The notes under the pieces are model-generated. The model was given only the letters and a program-made list of their open reading frames with translations. It searched no databases and was not told the DNA's origin. Positions 13,881 through 26,681 of a DNA stretch of 64,000 bases are shown piece after piece. Position 1 is the stretch's first letter; every line of letters starts with the position of its first letter. Origin of the DNA: Octopus vulgaris (lineage: Eukaryota); contig OX597814.1 in the NCBI GenBank assembly GCA_951406725.2, forward strand, positions 86,056,001 to 86,120,000, in the 5' to 3' direction. The position numbers and the translations under genes are program-made.

Positions 13881-14177
13881 GTCTTCTTAAGAACCTTTTT
13901 TACTAGGAGGAATGGATTCCCACACCCTTCACGCCCGCCCCTTTTAGTCGCTTCTTACGTCATGTAGGGAATACGGCGACTGCATTCTACTGGTACCCCC
14001 CACCCTAGTCTCAGGCGGGTTGCTAGTTAACCCATAGCTGGGACCCTTACAGGTGCTACCACTCCGGGCCAGAGTAGACCTGGGAACGATAGTGGCTAAG
14101 AGGTGGTTCCACACTCTTCAAACCCTGAGACCAGAGCCCGAGGGTCCCACTACCGGTTGTAGTTTAGAGTCACACCT
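13881..14177 (-). mobile_element. RTE 5'-UTR-like or RTE-derived non-autonomous segment, inverted relative to the adjacent RT
   Basis: Minus strand contains cccaggtctactctggcccggagtggtagcacctg and agaatgc...gtattccctacatgacgtaagaagcgactaaaagggg. I recall these motifs from RTE 5' UTRs and RTE-derived SINE bodies; not searched. Confidence 0.55.
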
Positions 14178-15326
14178 TGTGCGTTAGGGTAGATGATGAA
14201 ATTAGTGGCTTGATGTGAAGGTGAGGTTAGGACAGGGTTGTGTGATGTCTCCGTGGCTGTTTAATCTATATATGGATGCTGTGGTTAGAGAGGAGAATGC
14301 TAGAACCTTTGGTAAGGGAGCACAAATGATGGGAGAAAATGGAGGAATGACCGGTGAGTCAACTGTTTTTTGCTGATGATACAACACTGGTGGCGGATTC
14401 AGAAGAGTAACTGAGAAGACTGGTGGTAGAATTTGGAAGAGTGTGTGACGGAAGGAAACTGAAAGTGAATGTAGCTAGAGTAAGGTGATGAGATGTTCAA
14501 GAGATGGTATGGCTGGTAGGATGAATGTGAGTATAAATGGTGAGATGTTTTTAAGTATCTAGGATCACGAGTGACGGCGGATGGGAGGTTTGGCTGATGA
14601 GGTGGTATATAGATTGGGGGAGAGGAGTAAGATACTTGGAAAGGTATGCTGAGAGTTAAAAGGTTGATTATGAAAGCGAGAAGAGGTGTGTATGAGTGCG
14701 TAATTGTGCCGACAATGTTATATGGTGCAGAGATGTGGAGTCTGAGAGAAGCGGAAAGGAAGTGACTGGATGTGTTTGAGACGAGATGTTTGAGGGCTAT
14801 GGGTGGTGTGACACGGATGGACAGGATGAGGAATGAGGAGGTGCGAAGGTGAGCAGGAGTGAGAGAAAATCTATGTACCAGAATGGATAGACGAATTTTG
14901 AGGTGGTTTGACCACTTGGACAGGATGGATGAGGAGCGGATGGTAAGGAGGGTGGTGAAGGCAGAGGTGGTAGGCAGCAGAACCAGAGGCAGATCTCGGT
15001 TTGTGTGGATGGATGGAGTGAGGAAAGCTTTGGCTGTTAGAGGTGGTGGAATGAGAGAGACGAGAGAGTTTATAATTGATAGGAAAGTTTAGAGAGTGTT
15101 TGTGGAAAGATAAGTGAATTGATGTTGCTCAAAGGGGAAGGGAACCAGCATGAAACGGCGGGGTAAACGAGAATATGCTGTCGAGTCCCGATGCTGATAT
15201 CAGGAGTTGCTTTCTATGGCTTCACCCGAGCATAAGACGGGGCTCACCTCTTTTTAGCTGTGAAATGAATGGAATGCCTGGTGTGTGTCTTCTGACTACC
15301 CTCTCCGATGGGGAATTTAGGCTTAG

Positions 15327-15330
<4 letters not shown>
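14178..15330 (+). mobile_element. 5'-truncated, degenerate RTE-clade LINE (RT C-terminal half plus 3' UTR)
   Basis: Translation across stops and frameshifts gives GQGCVMSPWLFNLYMD, QLFFADDTTLVADSEE, KLKVNVA, FKYLGS, IVPTMLYGAEMWSL, RILRWFDHLDRMDEERMVRRV, GSRTRGRSRFVWMDGV. Ends in (TA)n. Confidence 0.95.
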
Positions 15331-15376
<46 letters not shown>

Positions 15377-15403
15377 TATATATATAAATCAATGTGTGTG
15401 TGC

Positions 15404-15550
15404 ATACGAAGATGTTTTTTCCAGTTTCTCTTCTATCAAATTCACCGGAGCCTTGATAGAAGACTCTTGAGCAAGGTGCCACGCAGTGGATCTGAACTCA
15501 GAAGCATGTGGTTAGTATGCATACTTCTTACCACACTGTCACGCCTGCGC
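15404..15550 (-). mobile_element. SINE family A, 5' half
   Basis: Reverse complement of gcgcaggcgtgacagtgtggtaagaagt...ccactgcgtggcaccttg. Confidence 0.75.
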
Positions 15551-16018
15551 TTAAACATAAAGCCCGAAGAAATACCGCCAACCATTTTGTCGGACGTGCT
15601 AACGATTATTCATACACACGTATGCATAATCGAGTGCATAAATGTAATTTTCTGAGAAGGACATACCAGTCGCAATCCCAGTATTGTATATCTTATCTGT
15701 TTAAGAAATAACTTATACACTGCTTACTGCACCAGAGTAGGTTTATCTTCATCGTTTGCCGTCGCAATGTGTTTAGAATTTGCAGATGTCTTCCTTAGTT
15801 TCTTATCCTTTTATCTAATTTAAAATTCTGTAGAATCTTGTTTGTTTGTTTGTTTGTTTGTTTGTTTGCTTGTTTTTATTGCGGTTTCACGTTCTTCGTT
15901 GTATTCAAAGAAGACCAAGTTCAAGTCCCGTGGTCATAGCTTTACATTGTGACTTGCGAATAGTGTTGTTTTACTGTGTTATTATCTGGAAAAGTCATTC
16001 ATTTTGAAATCGATCAAA

Positions 16019-16095
<77 letters not shown>

Positions 16096-16169
16096 CGTGT
16101 GTATGTTTGTATGTCTTTAGGCCTGTGTTTGTAAAACCTCATCGCTTATTTTATTATTAGCCCTGTTAA

Positions 16170-16372
16170 GGGGATGAACTGGCAGAACCGTTGGCACGCC
16201 GGACAAAATGCTTAGCGGCATTTCATCCGTCTTTACATACTGAGATCAAATTATACTGAGGTCGACTTTGCTTTTCATCTTCCCAAATGAAACCAGTTGC
16301 ACACTGGGTTCGGTGAAACCGAATAGCCCTTCCTCCCAAATTTCAGGCTTTGTACCCATAGAAGAAGAGATT
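16170..16372 (+). mobile_element. SINE family B (Nin-like), diverged
   Basis: Contains gaactggcagaaccgttggcacgccggacaaaatgcttagcggcatttc and gtcgactttgcttttcatc. Confidence 0.8.
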
Positions 16373-16600
16373 ATTACCTCTGTTGAGGTCGGTTGATTGG
16401 TAGAATCGTTGGAGTGTCACAGTATTTGTTCAGGCTCCTTACGTTATGTTCTGAGTTCAAATCACAATGAAATTGATTTCGAACCGAGTGAAGAACTACG
16501 AGGATGACCTAATAGAGTATCCCCACCTCGCAACGACAAATCCTTCAAAACGATCACACAGCAGCCTGATTGCAATTAAATTAATAAAAGTATAAATATA

Positions 16601-17009
16601 GGCGCAGGAGTGGCTGTGTGGTAAGTAGCTTGCTTACCAACCACATGGTTCCGGGTTCAGTCCCACTGCATGGCATCTTGGGCAAGTGTCTTCTACTACA
16701 GCCTCGGGCCGACCAAAGCCTTGTGAGTGGATTTGGTAGATGGAAACTGAAAGAAGCCCGTCGTATATATGTATATATATATATGCGTGTGTGTGTTTGT
16801 GTGTCTGTGTTTGTCCCCCTAGCATTGCTTGACAACCGATGCTGGTGTGTTTATGTCCCCGTTACTTAGCGGTTCGGCAAAAGAGACCGATAGAATAAGT
16901 ACTGGGCTTACAAAAGAATAAGTCCCGGGGTCGAGTTGCTCGATTAAAGGCGGTGCTCCAGTATGGCCGCAGTCAAATGACTGAAACAATTAAAAGAGTG
17001 AAAAGAGAG
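16601..17009 (+). mobile_element. SINE family A, full-length well-preserved copy
   Basis: Runs ggcgcaggagtggctgtgtggtaagtagc...ggttcagtccc...cttgggcaagtgtctt...gcagtcaaatgactgaaac...aaaagag. Confidence 0.92.
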
Positions 17010-17215
17010 TATAATCAATTCAAAATTCAGATAAACAATTAATTCAAATAAACGAGTAATAAAATTAACAGACAACAAGGGGACGTGCACGAGGAATGTA
17101 ATATCTTGACGTTCAGTAAAAAGAGAGTTTTTAACGTTTTGAGCATAGCTCTTCGTTGAAAAGAAGAAAGGGAAGGAAAAGAGATCGCCAACAGCACGTA
17201 TGTAGTTTTATTGCT

Positions 17216-17264
<49 letters not shown>

Positions 17265-17422
17265 TGTATATATAGATATAGATATATATCAGTAGCTTAT
17301 CTATGGGTTGCAATAGGGGTGATCCATGCCAGACCGCATAGGGGGCAGAAATATGGGACAGCAAACTGAAAGGACACGCTCGGCGGCACACACTCTAGTT
17401 GCACTACTGATATTATATATAC

Positions 17423-17659
17423 CAGTGGTTCTCAACTGATCCGTTTGGGTCCATATAAAATTCTGTTGTTAAAATTTATCTGCAAACAAGTCTTTATATT
17501 ACACAAGTTATTTTAAGAATTTTCTTTATACAGTTCCTAATTATATTTGATTATAAAAATATAACAGGATTTTTTAAACATCAGATGGCTAGGAGGGTCT
17601 ACCCGAGTAAAATAGGAATCAAACAGGATCCATGGATGAAAGATGGCTGAGAAATACTG
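17423..17659. mobile_element. Non-autonomous hAT (Charlie-like) MITE
   Basis: TIRs cagtggttctcaac and ggctgagaaatactg. 8-bp TSD atatatac at 17415-17422 and 17660-17667. Confidence 0.85.
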
Positions 17660-17849
17660 ATATATACGATGGCCTTTAAGTACTATCATCGATTTAATTA
17701 ATTCACCTGTTTCTCAAATTTCAAGCATTGCTCCCATATTAGAAACTATTATAGATATTGGCAATGTTACATCACGAAAAAAACGGGGTTTTTTTTATAT
17801 ATTTTATTAAAATTTACTTATACTTCACAAAGGTGGTACAGAAATGCTT

Positions 17850-18070
17850 ATCACTTTCTTGTCATTTTTCAAAAACCGTTGTGGAAGAGATGGTGAGCGT
17901 CATATGCCGGATTGTGAAGAAACATTGCAAGAGAAAAGAAGTCCAAAATCTCAAACTATGTTTTACATAAATATGTTGACTGGCATGTCAATGAAGAAGC
18001 AAGAGGCTTTTACGTGGTCGTTCGTCTTACTAGAAGAGACTGGTATATATCTACATCAACCCACATCTTA
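17850..18070 (+). pseudogene. Possible Tc1-like transposase N-terminal relic
   Basis: VSVICRIVKKHCKRKEVQNLK followed out of frame by RGRSS/LTRRDW resembles the Tc1 HTH plus GRPR region. Heavily degraded. Confidence 0.3.
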
Positions 18071-18366
18071 ATGTGTTAATGAAAGACCAATGAATACGAT
18101 GTTCTTTGATACTCTAGGCACAAGACCCGACATTTTTGGAGAGGGGGGGGCCAGTCGATTAGATTGACCCCAGTACGCAACTGGTACTTAAAAACCAACA
18201 TCGATTGTCAAGCAATGAGGTTTTACAAACACAGACACAAAATCACAAGATACACACACACACTCAAACACAAACACACGTGCACACATGCACATATAAA
18301 TATGCGCGTGTGTGTGTATGTAAGTATATGTATACGTGTGTGTGTGTACGTACGTACGTATGTATG

Positions 18367-18405
<39 letters not shown>

Positions 18406-18407
18406 TT

Positions 18408-18497
18408 GGGCAAGTCAAGTGTCTTCAACTATAGACTCGAGGTGACCAAAGCCTTATGGGTGGACTTGGTAAGCGGAAACTGAAAGAAGTCAGTCAA

Positions 18498-18552
<55 letters not shown>

Positions 18553-18803
18553 ACATGTATATGTATACATACCTGTATATAGCCATGTCTGTGTGTTTCT
18601 ATGCTTGTGTTTGTCTCCAGTCACCGCTTGACAACCACTGTGGCTTTGTTAACGTCCTACATAACTTAGCGGTTCGATGAAAAGAGACCGATAAAGTAAG
18701 TACCAGACATTAAAAAAAAGTACACCAGTCGATATGTTGGACTAAACTCTTCAACCCAGTATGGCCGCAGTCAAATGACAAATAAAATGTGAAAGATAAA
18801 AGA
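18408..18803 (+). mobile_element. SINE family A, head missing
   Basis: Contains caagtgtcttc, gaccaaagcctt, ggaaactgaaagaag, (TA)n, aacttagcggttcg and ggccgcagtcaaatgac. Confidence 0.8.
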
Positions 18804-18916
18804 CATTAAAACCAAGACGGAAAGACGTTTAATTCCATGTTACACGTGTTTCATTATAATACAGGAAATGCATTATGAAGGACACAGCTTGAATTATAAC
18901 ACCTTCTCTGCACTAC

Positions 18917-19015
<99 letters not shown>

Positions 19016-19321
19016 TAGATGCGCGCGCACACACACACATACACATGCCCGCACGCACACAGACACGGACAAAGCAGACAAATTTTCTCTTTCATCCAGG
19101 AACGATCCCAAAGTTGGTTCTATGCACACATTCTAAGTGATAACAGCCGATTACACATCAAAAGTATTGTCTTTTGAAGCAGTATTATTGTCGTCGTCAT
19201 CGTCGTCATCGTCGTCGTCGTTGTAGTTGCTAGTGTTGTTGTTGTTGTTGTTGTTGTTGTTGTCGTTGTTGTTGTTGTTGCAGCAGTCGTTGTTGTTGTT
19301 ATGGTTGCTGTCGTTGCTGTT

Positions 19322-19520
19322 GTTAAATCTTTAGCTCAAGATCAGCTCCTGACGAGCAGATCCATGGCGAAACAATCCAGAGTGGCCATCAAGTCGTTTT
19401 CTTATCTCCGCGGAAAATTAAGAAAAACAGTCAGTATCCAATATGTCCCATTTCTTTTTAACATGGTAAGCTGTAATTTCGGGATTATTTGGTTGCTATA
19501 TCTAGCATATACGTAGGAAC
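19322..19520 (-). mobile_element. SINE-like family D copy with (CAA/CGA)n tail at 19187-19322
   Basis: Homologous to 8205-8420 and to the reverse of 62205-62420. Confidence 0.65.
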
Positions 19521-19900
19521 GGTATGGTTGCAAGTGCTTTATGTGTGTGTTGTATGTGGCTGGTTGGGTGGGGTAGTATATATAAGTATAAGAGAGATTC
19601 GTTAGATATGCGTGCGTGACAGAAGCAAGTGTGTGTTTTGTGGTTTAAGTACGTGACGCGGGAGAGGGGGTCTAATGTACATGTACGTGCGAGATATTAC
19701 GTTTGCATGTATATGGCAGTCAATGATATAACACACTCACACACACACACACACAAACACACATATGTATATACATATGTTACACGTGTATGTGTGAGTG
19801 TATCAGTGCGTTTGTGTGCATACACACACACACATATATATATGCATATATATATATACAAAAAGATATACGTATATACATATTCAAATATATTTATCTA

Positions 19901-19949
<49 letters not shown>

Positions 19950-20358
19950 CATGTGAGGATGTTGTGGGGGAAGCGTCTATGTATGTATGTGTGCATGTTG
20001 TGTGTGTACAAAGATAGGGAAGGATAGCAGAAAAGAAAGTATGTGAATAAATAAACCAAATAATAATAATAAAAAAACCTATGGAGGAAAGTGGATGAGT
20101 GTAAGGAGCAAGGGGGGAAGAAGAGTGATGTTGTAGAGAGAGAGACACAGAGACACAGAGACACAGAGACACAGAGAGAAAGAGCGAAAGTGAAAGTGAA
20201 AGTGAAAGTGAAATACATACAGAGAGAGTCGAAGAGAGTGAAAGTCTGTGCATGTATATATGTACTTGTCTATGCGCTTGTTGTGCATTATTGTGTGTGT
20301 GTGTGTGTGTGCGTGTGTGTATGTCTGTGTGTGCGTGTGAGTGTAGAGAGAGACTTAC

Positions 20359-20490
20359 CTTCAGCAGTTCGAGTTGGGCGAGCGATTTCCACAAAAGATA
20401 GTCTGACTACTAATTAAAACAGTAAACACATCAGATAAGCTACGATTCTGTTTGAGTAGAGTTGATATGATGAACGGGCGACGTGTGTGG
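20359..20490 (-). other. Candidate first (probably non-coding) exon of a minus-strand host gene
   Basis: Unique CpG-containing island ending in a consensus donor AAG|GTAAGT (plus strand acttac|cttcag at 20353-20364). The 5' boundary is uncertain. Confidence 0.35.
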
Positions 20491-20920
20491 GGAGAGACAC
20501 TGAGAGAGAGAGAGAAGTGCGTTGGAATTGATGGCGATGGTGGTGGAGCGGGGTTATAGGAGACGGTGAAGGTGGTGGAGCGCGGTTATAGTACGGGGTG
20601 AGAATGAGGATAGAGAGAGAGAGACAGAGAAAGAGAGAGACGACACAAGCATACGTGCACCCACATGTACGAAAGAGACACAAACGCATACACATAAAAA
20701 AAAACAGACACACATACACATACTTACATATTGTTTTCAAGGAAGAAAGAGATGTCGGTGACACGGAGACAGACAGACAGACAGAGAAAAAAAGGGAGAG
20801 AGTTAGAGGATAGGGAAGAAAAGAGAAAGAAAAGAATGCAGAATGGATAATTAATATACACACATATATAAAAATACGTACACGCCCCGCATACACACAC
20901 ACGCATATATGTGTATACAA

Positions 20921-20953
<33 letters not shown>

Positions 20954-21455
20954 CATATTTACATGCACATATACATGCATGTGCATATGTATATATGTGT
21001 GTACATACACACACATATATTTATATATATATATATACACACACACATTTACACATACATAGACACACACACACACACACACATACACATGTATCTATAT
21101 GTCAGTGTGTATGTATAGAGAAGAGTGTGCTGTGTGTGTGTGTGTGTGTGTGTTTCTGTGTGTGTGAGTGAGTGTATGTGTGTGCTTTAGCAAGAAGGTG
21201 CTTTGTTTCATATTACAGCTTTTTTTACTACATTTTTCCTACATTTTCCAAAGTTCGCATTTCCCTCATTTTTTTCCTCTATTTCTTTTTGTTCTTTTTT
21301 ATTGCCTCATTGTATAGTGTTAATGTAATTAACAGTGACTATGTAAATCTAAACAAATATTCGTGTCAGTAGGTGTATATGCATACGAATACATACATAT
21401 ATATATATGCATATATATGTTTCTAGATATAAGTATACATATATATTTATATATA

Positions 21456-21502
<47 letters not shown>

Positions 21503-21722
21503 GCATATATATATATTTATACATATAAGTATGCATATATATTTATATATATGCATATATATATATATATATTTATACATATGTATACATATATATATTC
21601 GTATAAACTTATATACGAATACATGTATGTACATGGATGTTTGCATATATATATATATGTGTGTGTGTGTGTATGTATGTATGTATATATGTATATATAT
21701 ATGTATATATATATATATGTCA

Positions 21723-21815
21723 GTGTGTGCGCGCGTGTGTGCGCGCGTGTGTGCGCGCGTGTGTGCGCGCGTGTGTGCGCGCGTGTGTGCGCGCGTGTGT
21801 GCGCGCGTGTGTGTG
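21723..21815. repeat. (GTGTGTGCGCGC)7 12-bp tandem repeat
   Basis: Seven perfect units of alternating purine-pyrimidine sequence. Confidence 0.95.
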
Positions 21816-22925
21816 TATTTATATGAATATCTATATATCTACATATATATGTAGGTACACACACATATGTATATAGAGAGAGATAGGGACACCTACAAAT
21901 ATATACATGCAATATGTATCTTGTATATGCTTATGTATGCGTGTGTAGTCTCGCATGTACAAAGATGTGTGAGTTTGTTGGTCTATATGAGTATATACAT
22001 ACATACGTACACTCATACATATATAAATGCATACATAAATACATACATACACACATACATACATAAATACATACATGCACACATTTATACATATATGCAT
22101 ATACATACATAAATACATGCATGTATACATAGGTACATGTATACATATACCTGTATGACTAAACATCTATAAATGTTTGTGCAAATGGTATATACGTATA
22201 TATATGTGTGTGTTTGTGTGTGTGTGTGTGTGTGTGAATGCACATATAAATATGACTGTATGTGTATATGTGTATGTGTGTGTGTGATTGAGAGTGTGTG
22301 TATGAGTGGGTGGTTGTGTATGCAGGGCAAGAGAGAAAGAAAGAGAGAGCTACTTCAATAGGATATCGGCATGAATGTGTATGCATGTATATATAAGATT
22401 ATGCGTCTTCATGTGTATATTTGTATATATAGTTGACCATATGTGTGTACGTCTCAATGTGCGCGCTATTGCGAATACGTTAATAAAATTAGTGTAACGC
22501 TAATCAGAACAAATATTCATCTCATAAATGAAAATGTGTACATATGTGCATTAATGTATGTATGTATGTATGTACGTATGCATGTATGTATATATATATG
22601 TATGCATGCATGTATGTATGTATGTATGTATGTATGTATGTATGTATGTATGTATGTATGTATGTATGTATGTATTTGTGTATGTATGCATGTATGTATG
22701 CATGTATGTATGCATGTATGTTTGCATGCATTCATGTATGTATTATGTGTGTGTATGTGGATATAAGCTAGTATATAAGCATGTATGTATATGTGTGTGC
22801 ATGTATATATTTATTTATACGCAAGTATGTGCGTGTGTACAGAGAGAGAGATGGAGAGAGAAAGATGTACAGAGAGAGAGATGGACGAGAAAGAGCGAGA
22901 GCGAGGAAGAAGTATACATATATAA

Positions 22926-23049
<124 letters not shown>

Positions 23050-23055
23050 ATATGC

Positions 23056-23102
<47 letters not shown>

Positions 23103-23451
23103 GCATAAATATATATGTATATATATATATACATATACATATATATATATATATATATATACATAGGCATATATATGTATGCGAATATATATATGAGAGA
23201 GGAAGGAACATAGATGTAGATGTATATATATATGTGTGTATATATAAATATATATATATATCTTTATATACACATATGTGTGTGAATGTATGTACATCTA
23301 GATACATACCAAAACATTAATCTCCACTAATGCAATTATTGAGATTTTATCTGCATATATAAATGTCTCCTCATGTGTATATGCATATACATGAATTCAT
23401 GCTTACATATAAATATATATGTGTGTGTGTGTGTGTTTCTGTGTGTCTGTA

Positions 23452-23535
<84 letters not shown>

Positions 23536-23555
23536 TATATATATATACATATATA

Positions 23556-23648
<93 letters not shown>

Positions 23649-23869
23649 TTGTATATATATATGTATATTATGTGTATATACATACCTATGAATCTCTGTG
23701 TGTGTGTATACGTACATATGAAAGCAGAAAGAATATGTGCATGCATGTATAGAGCTGGTGACAACTGACAAGAATTAGAGTTAACAGAAATTCTTGTCAT
23801 TTGCAACATTATGCACATGCATGTTAATATTGGTATTACATATTATGAAATAATATATTAAAGCATGCT

Positions 23870-23929
<60 letters not shown>

Positions 23930-23934
23930 CATAC

Positions 23935-23968
<34 letters not shown>

Positions 23969-23989
23969 TCTATATGCATATATAGGTAC

Positions 23990-24034
<45 letters not shown>

Positions 24035-24373
24035 GCATATGTAAATAGACATATATAATAAGCATTTTATATATACTCGCATACATATATATAAATATAT
24101 TTATATGTGAATATATATTTATAAACATATATATATCTATGTATGTATATACGTATATGTGCATATAGATAAATATAATGACATATATATAAATAAATAC
24201 ATATGTGCATGCATATATACATAAATACGTATGTGTATATATAAATATTTATTTGTATGTGTGTGTGTACATGTGTGTGTGTTTCTGCATGTGCATATGA
24301 ATGTATTTATAGATATGTATCTATTGATATATGTGTTTGTTTGTGTGTGAGAGTGTATGTGTATGTGTGTGTG

Positions 24374-24429
<56 letters not shown>

Positions 24430-24617
24430 TATTTAAATATATATACCTATTCACAATATTTCGATATTCAAACCTATATACAGTAAACATGGTTATTGAT
24501 TCTCGCCCGTCTTGCCATCCTGTTTTGCCAATATAATATACTTAATGTGTACGTTTGTGTATGTATGTATGTATGTATGTATGTATGTATGTATGTATTT
24601 ATGTATGTATGTATCTA

Positions 24618-24663
<46 letters not shown>

Positions 24664-24732
24664 TACATGTATATATACATGCATATACATATATACATAT
24701 ATTTAAATGTATGTATATATATATATATATAT

Positions 24733-24778
<46 letters not shown>

Positions 24779-24863
24779 GGATAGATAGATAGATAGATGT
24801 ATATATTCACATACATATATATGCATATGTGCACACACCCTTGTAATGCATGTTGATATACAT

Positions 24864-24896
<33 letters not shown>

Positions 24897-24910
24897 TACA
24901 TATATATATG

Positions 24911-24975
<65 letters not shown>

Positions 24976-25051
24976 ATAGAAATGGCAAGACAATAAAAGA
25001 ATAAAAGTGACCTCGATATTATGTAAATAGAGGAATTTATCTGTAAATATA

Positions 25052-25174
25052 ATATGTGACAATTATTCGGTAGGCCATCGATGGTCCGATAACTGAAGAG
25101 ATGCCGGCGTGGGTTTCCGCTCCGACATCCGAAACTCAGAGTTTTATCATGCCTACCGAATAATTGTCACATAT
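25052..25174 (+). mobile_element. 123-bp element: hammerhead motif enclosed by a perfect 24-bp inverted repeat (Penelope-like inverted pLTR relic)
   Basis: atatgtgacaattattcggtaggc (25052-25075) is the exact reverse complement of 25151-25174. Confidence 0.7.
25088..25148 (+). ncRNA. Type-I hammerhead ribozyme with long stem II
   Basis: gataa-CTGAAGA-gatgccggcgtgg gttt ccgctccgacatc-c-GAAAC-tcaga-GTT-ttatc. Stem I is gataa/ttatc, stem II is ~13 bp and imperfect, stem III is the near-palindrome actcagagt. Confidence 0.75.
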
Positions 25175-25210
25175 ATAGATATATATATTTGAAACAACCA
25201 TATTAAGATA

Positions 25211-25252
<42 letters not shown>

Positions 25253-25310
25253 TGTATGTATGTATTTGTATGTATATATATATGCATATTTATATATATA
25301 TACATGCATA

Positions 25311-25359
<49 letters not shown>

Positions 25360-25452
25360 TTATATATATACATATACATGTATGAACACACACATGCATA
25401 CATATGTATATATTATTTCCGCATGATTTAATCAATGGAAGTTCTGTATGAA

Positions 25453-25485
<33 letters not shown>

Positions 25486-25817
25486 GTGCGTGCGTGCCTC
25501 TGCATGAGCGCTCGTACGTACTTTTATACATGCACAAATATTTTATACATGCGCAAATATTTATGTAAATTGTTAATGTGCCAAGCTTATACTTTATATT
25601 GTCATAATTGCACACAGCATTGCTCACCTCGCTCCCCTGACATATACATACACACGTACTAACGTACATATATACACCTATACATACATATATTTTCACC
25701 CGCGTATATATTTGTCTATATATAGTAATGCTTATTTGTATTATATATACATTTATGTGTAAATATGTATACATACTTAAATAAATATGTTCATTCATGA
25801 AAAGGTATACATAATTT

Positions 25818-25875
<58 letters not shown>

Positions 25876-26346
25876 TATATACGTACGTACATGCATACAT
25901 ACATACATACATGCATCCATCCAGCCATAGATACATACATGCATACATACATACATACATACATACATACATACCTACATACATACATACATACATACAT
26001 ACATACATACATACATACACACATACATACGTACGTACGTACGTACATGGTTGTATACGAGCATGTTAACTTCAATGTATTTATGTATCTGTGTCTATTT
26101 ATATATGAGGTGTATCTCATGCAGGAGGTGTATGGATGAAGGTCAGATATTCCCTTGATGTGGGTACACAACTATAATACCAAGGTGATGAGTAATACTA
26201 CAGGACTGTGTGCTGTTACGATGGTCTTGGATCTGAGAAGTAATCTCGTTCTAGTCTCACAGGAATATTCAATCGGCAGACGACACCGTGGAAGGTGAGG
26301 GTTGGTGTGGAGAGAAAGAGGGAATGATTGAGAGGCAATGAGTGAT

Positions 26347-26416
<70 letters not shown>

Positions 26417-26590
26417 GTGTTTGTGTGACAGATGCATGAGAATTAGAGAGAGGGTGAGAGTTTGTAATGTGAGGGATTCTGTCGGTCAGATAGGAGTTCG
26501 TGATACAGTAACAGTGTTACAGTGAGGGGATTAAGTGTGATGAGAAGAGACAGGTAGAGGAAAATACATCGACGTTGGTGAGAGAGTTAT

Positions 26591-26681
<91 letters not shown>

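Noticed and set aside
16601-16675. tRNA-like sequences at SINE heads (also 8940-9015 and 40830-40900)
   Set aside because: A and B boxes are present, but the sequences continue into SINE bodies and no complete cloverleaf is evident.
17290-17409. Possible small hAT-like MITE (cagtagc...ctactg)
   Set aside because: The TIR match is short and the flanks are low-complexity, so a TSD cannot be established.
19349-19385. CTGACGA...GAAAC hammerhead-like string
   Set aside because: No stem I and no valid NUH site. It lies in a diverged family D SINE whose other copies lack the motif.
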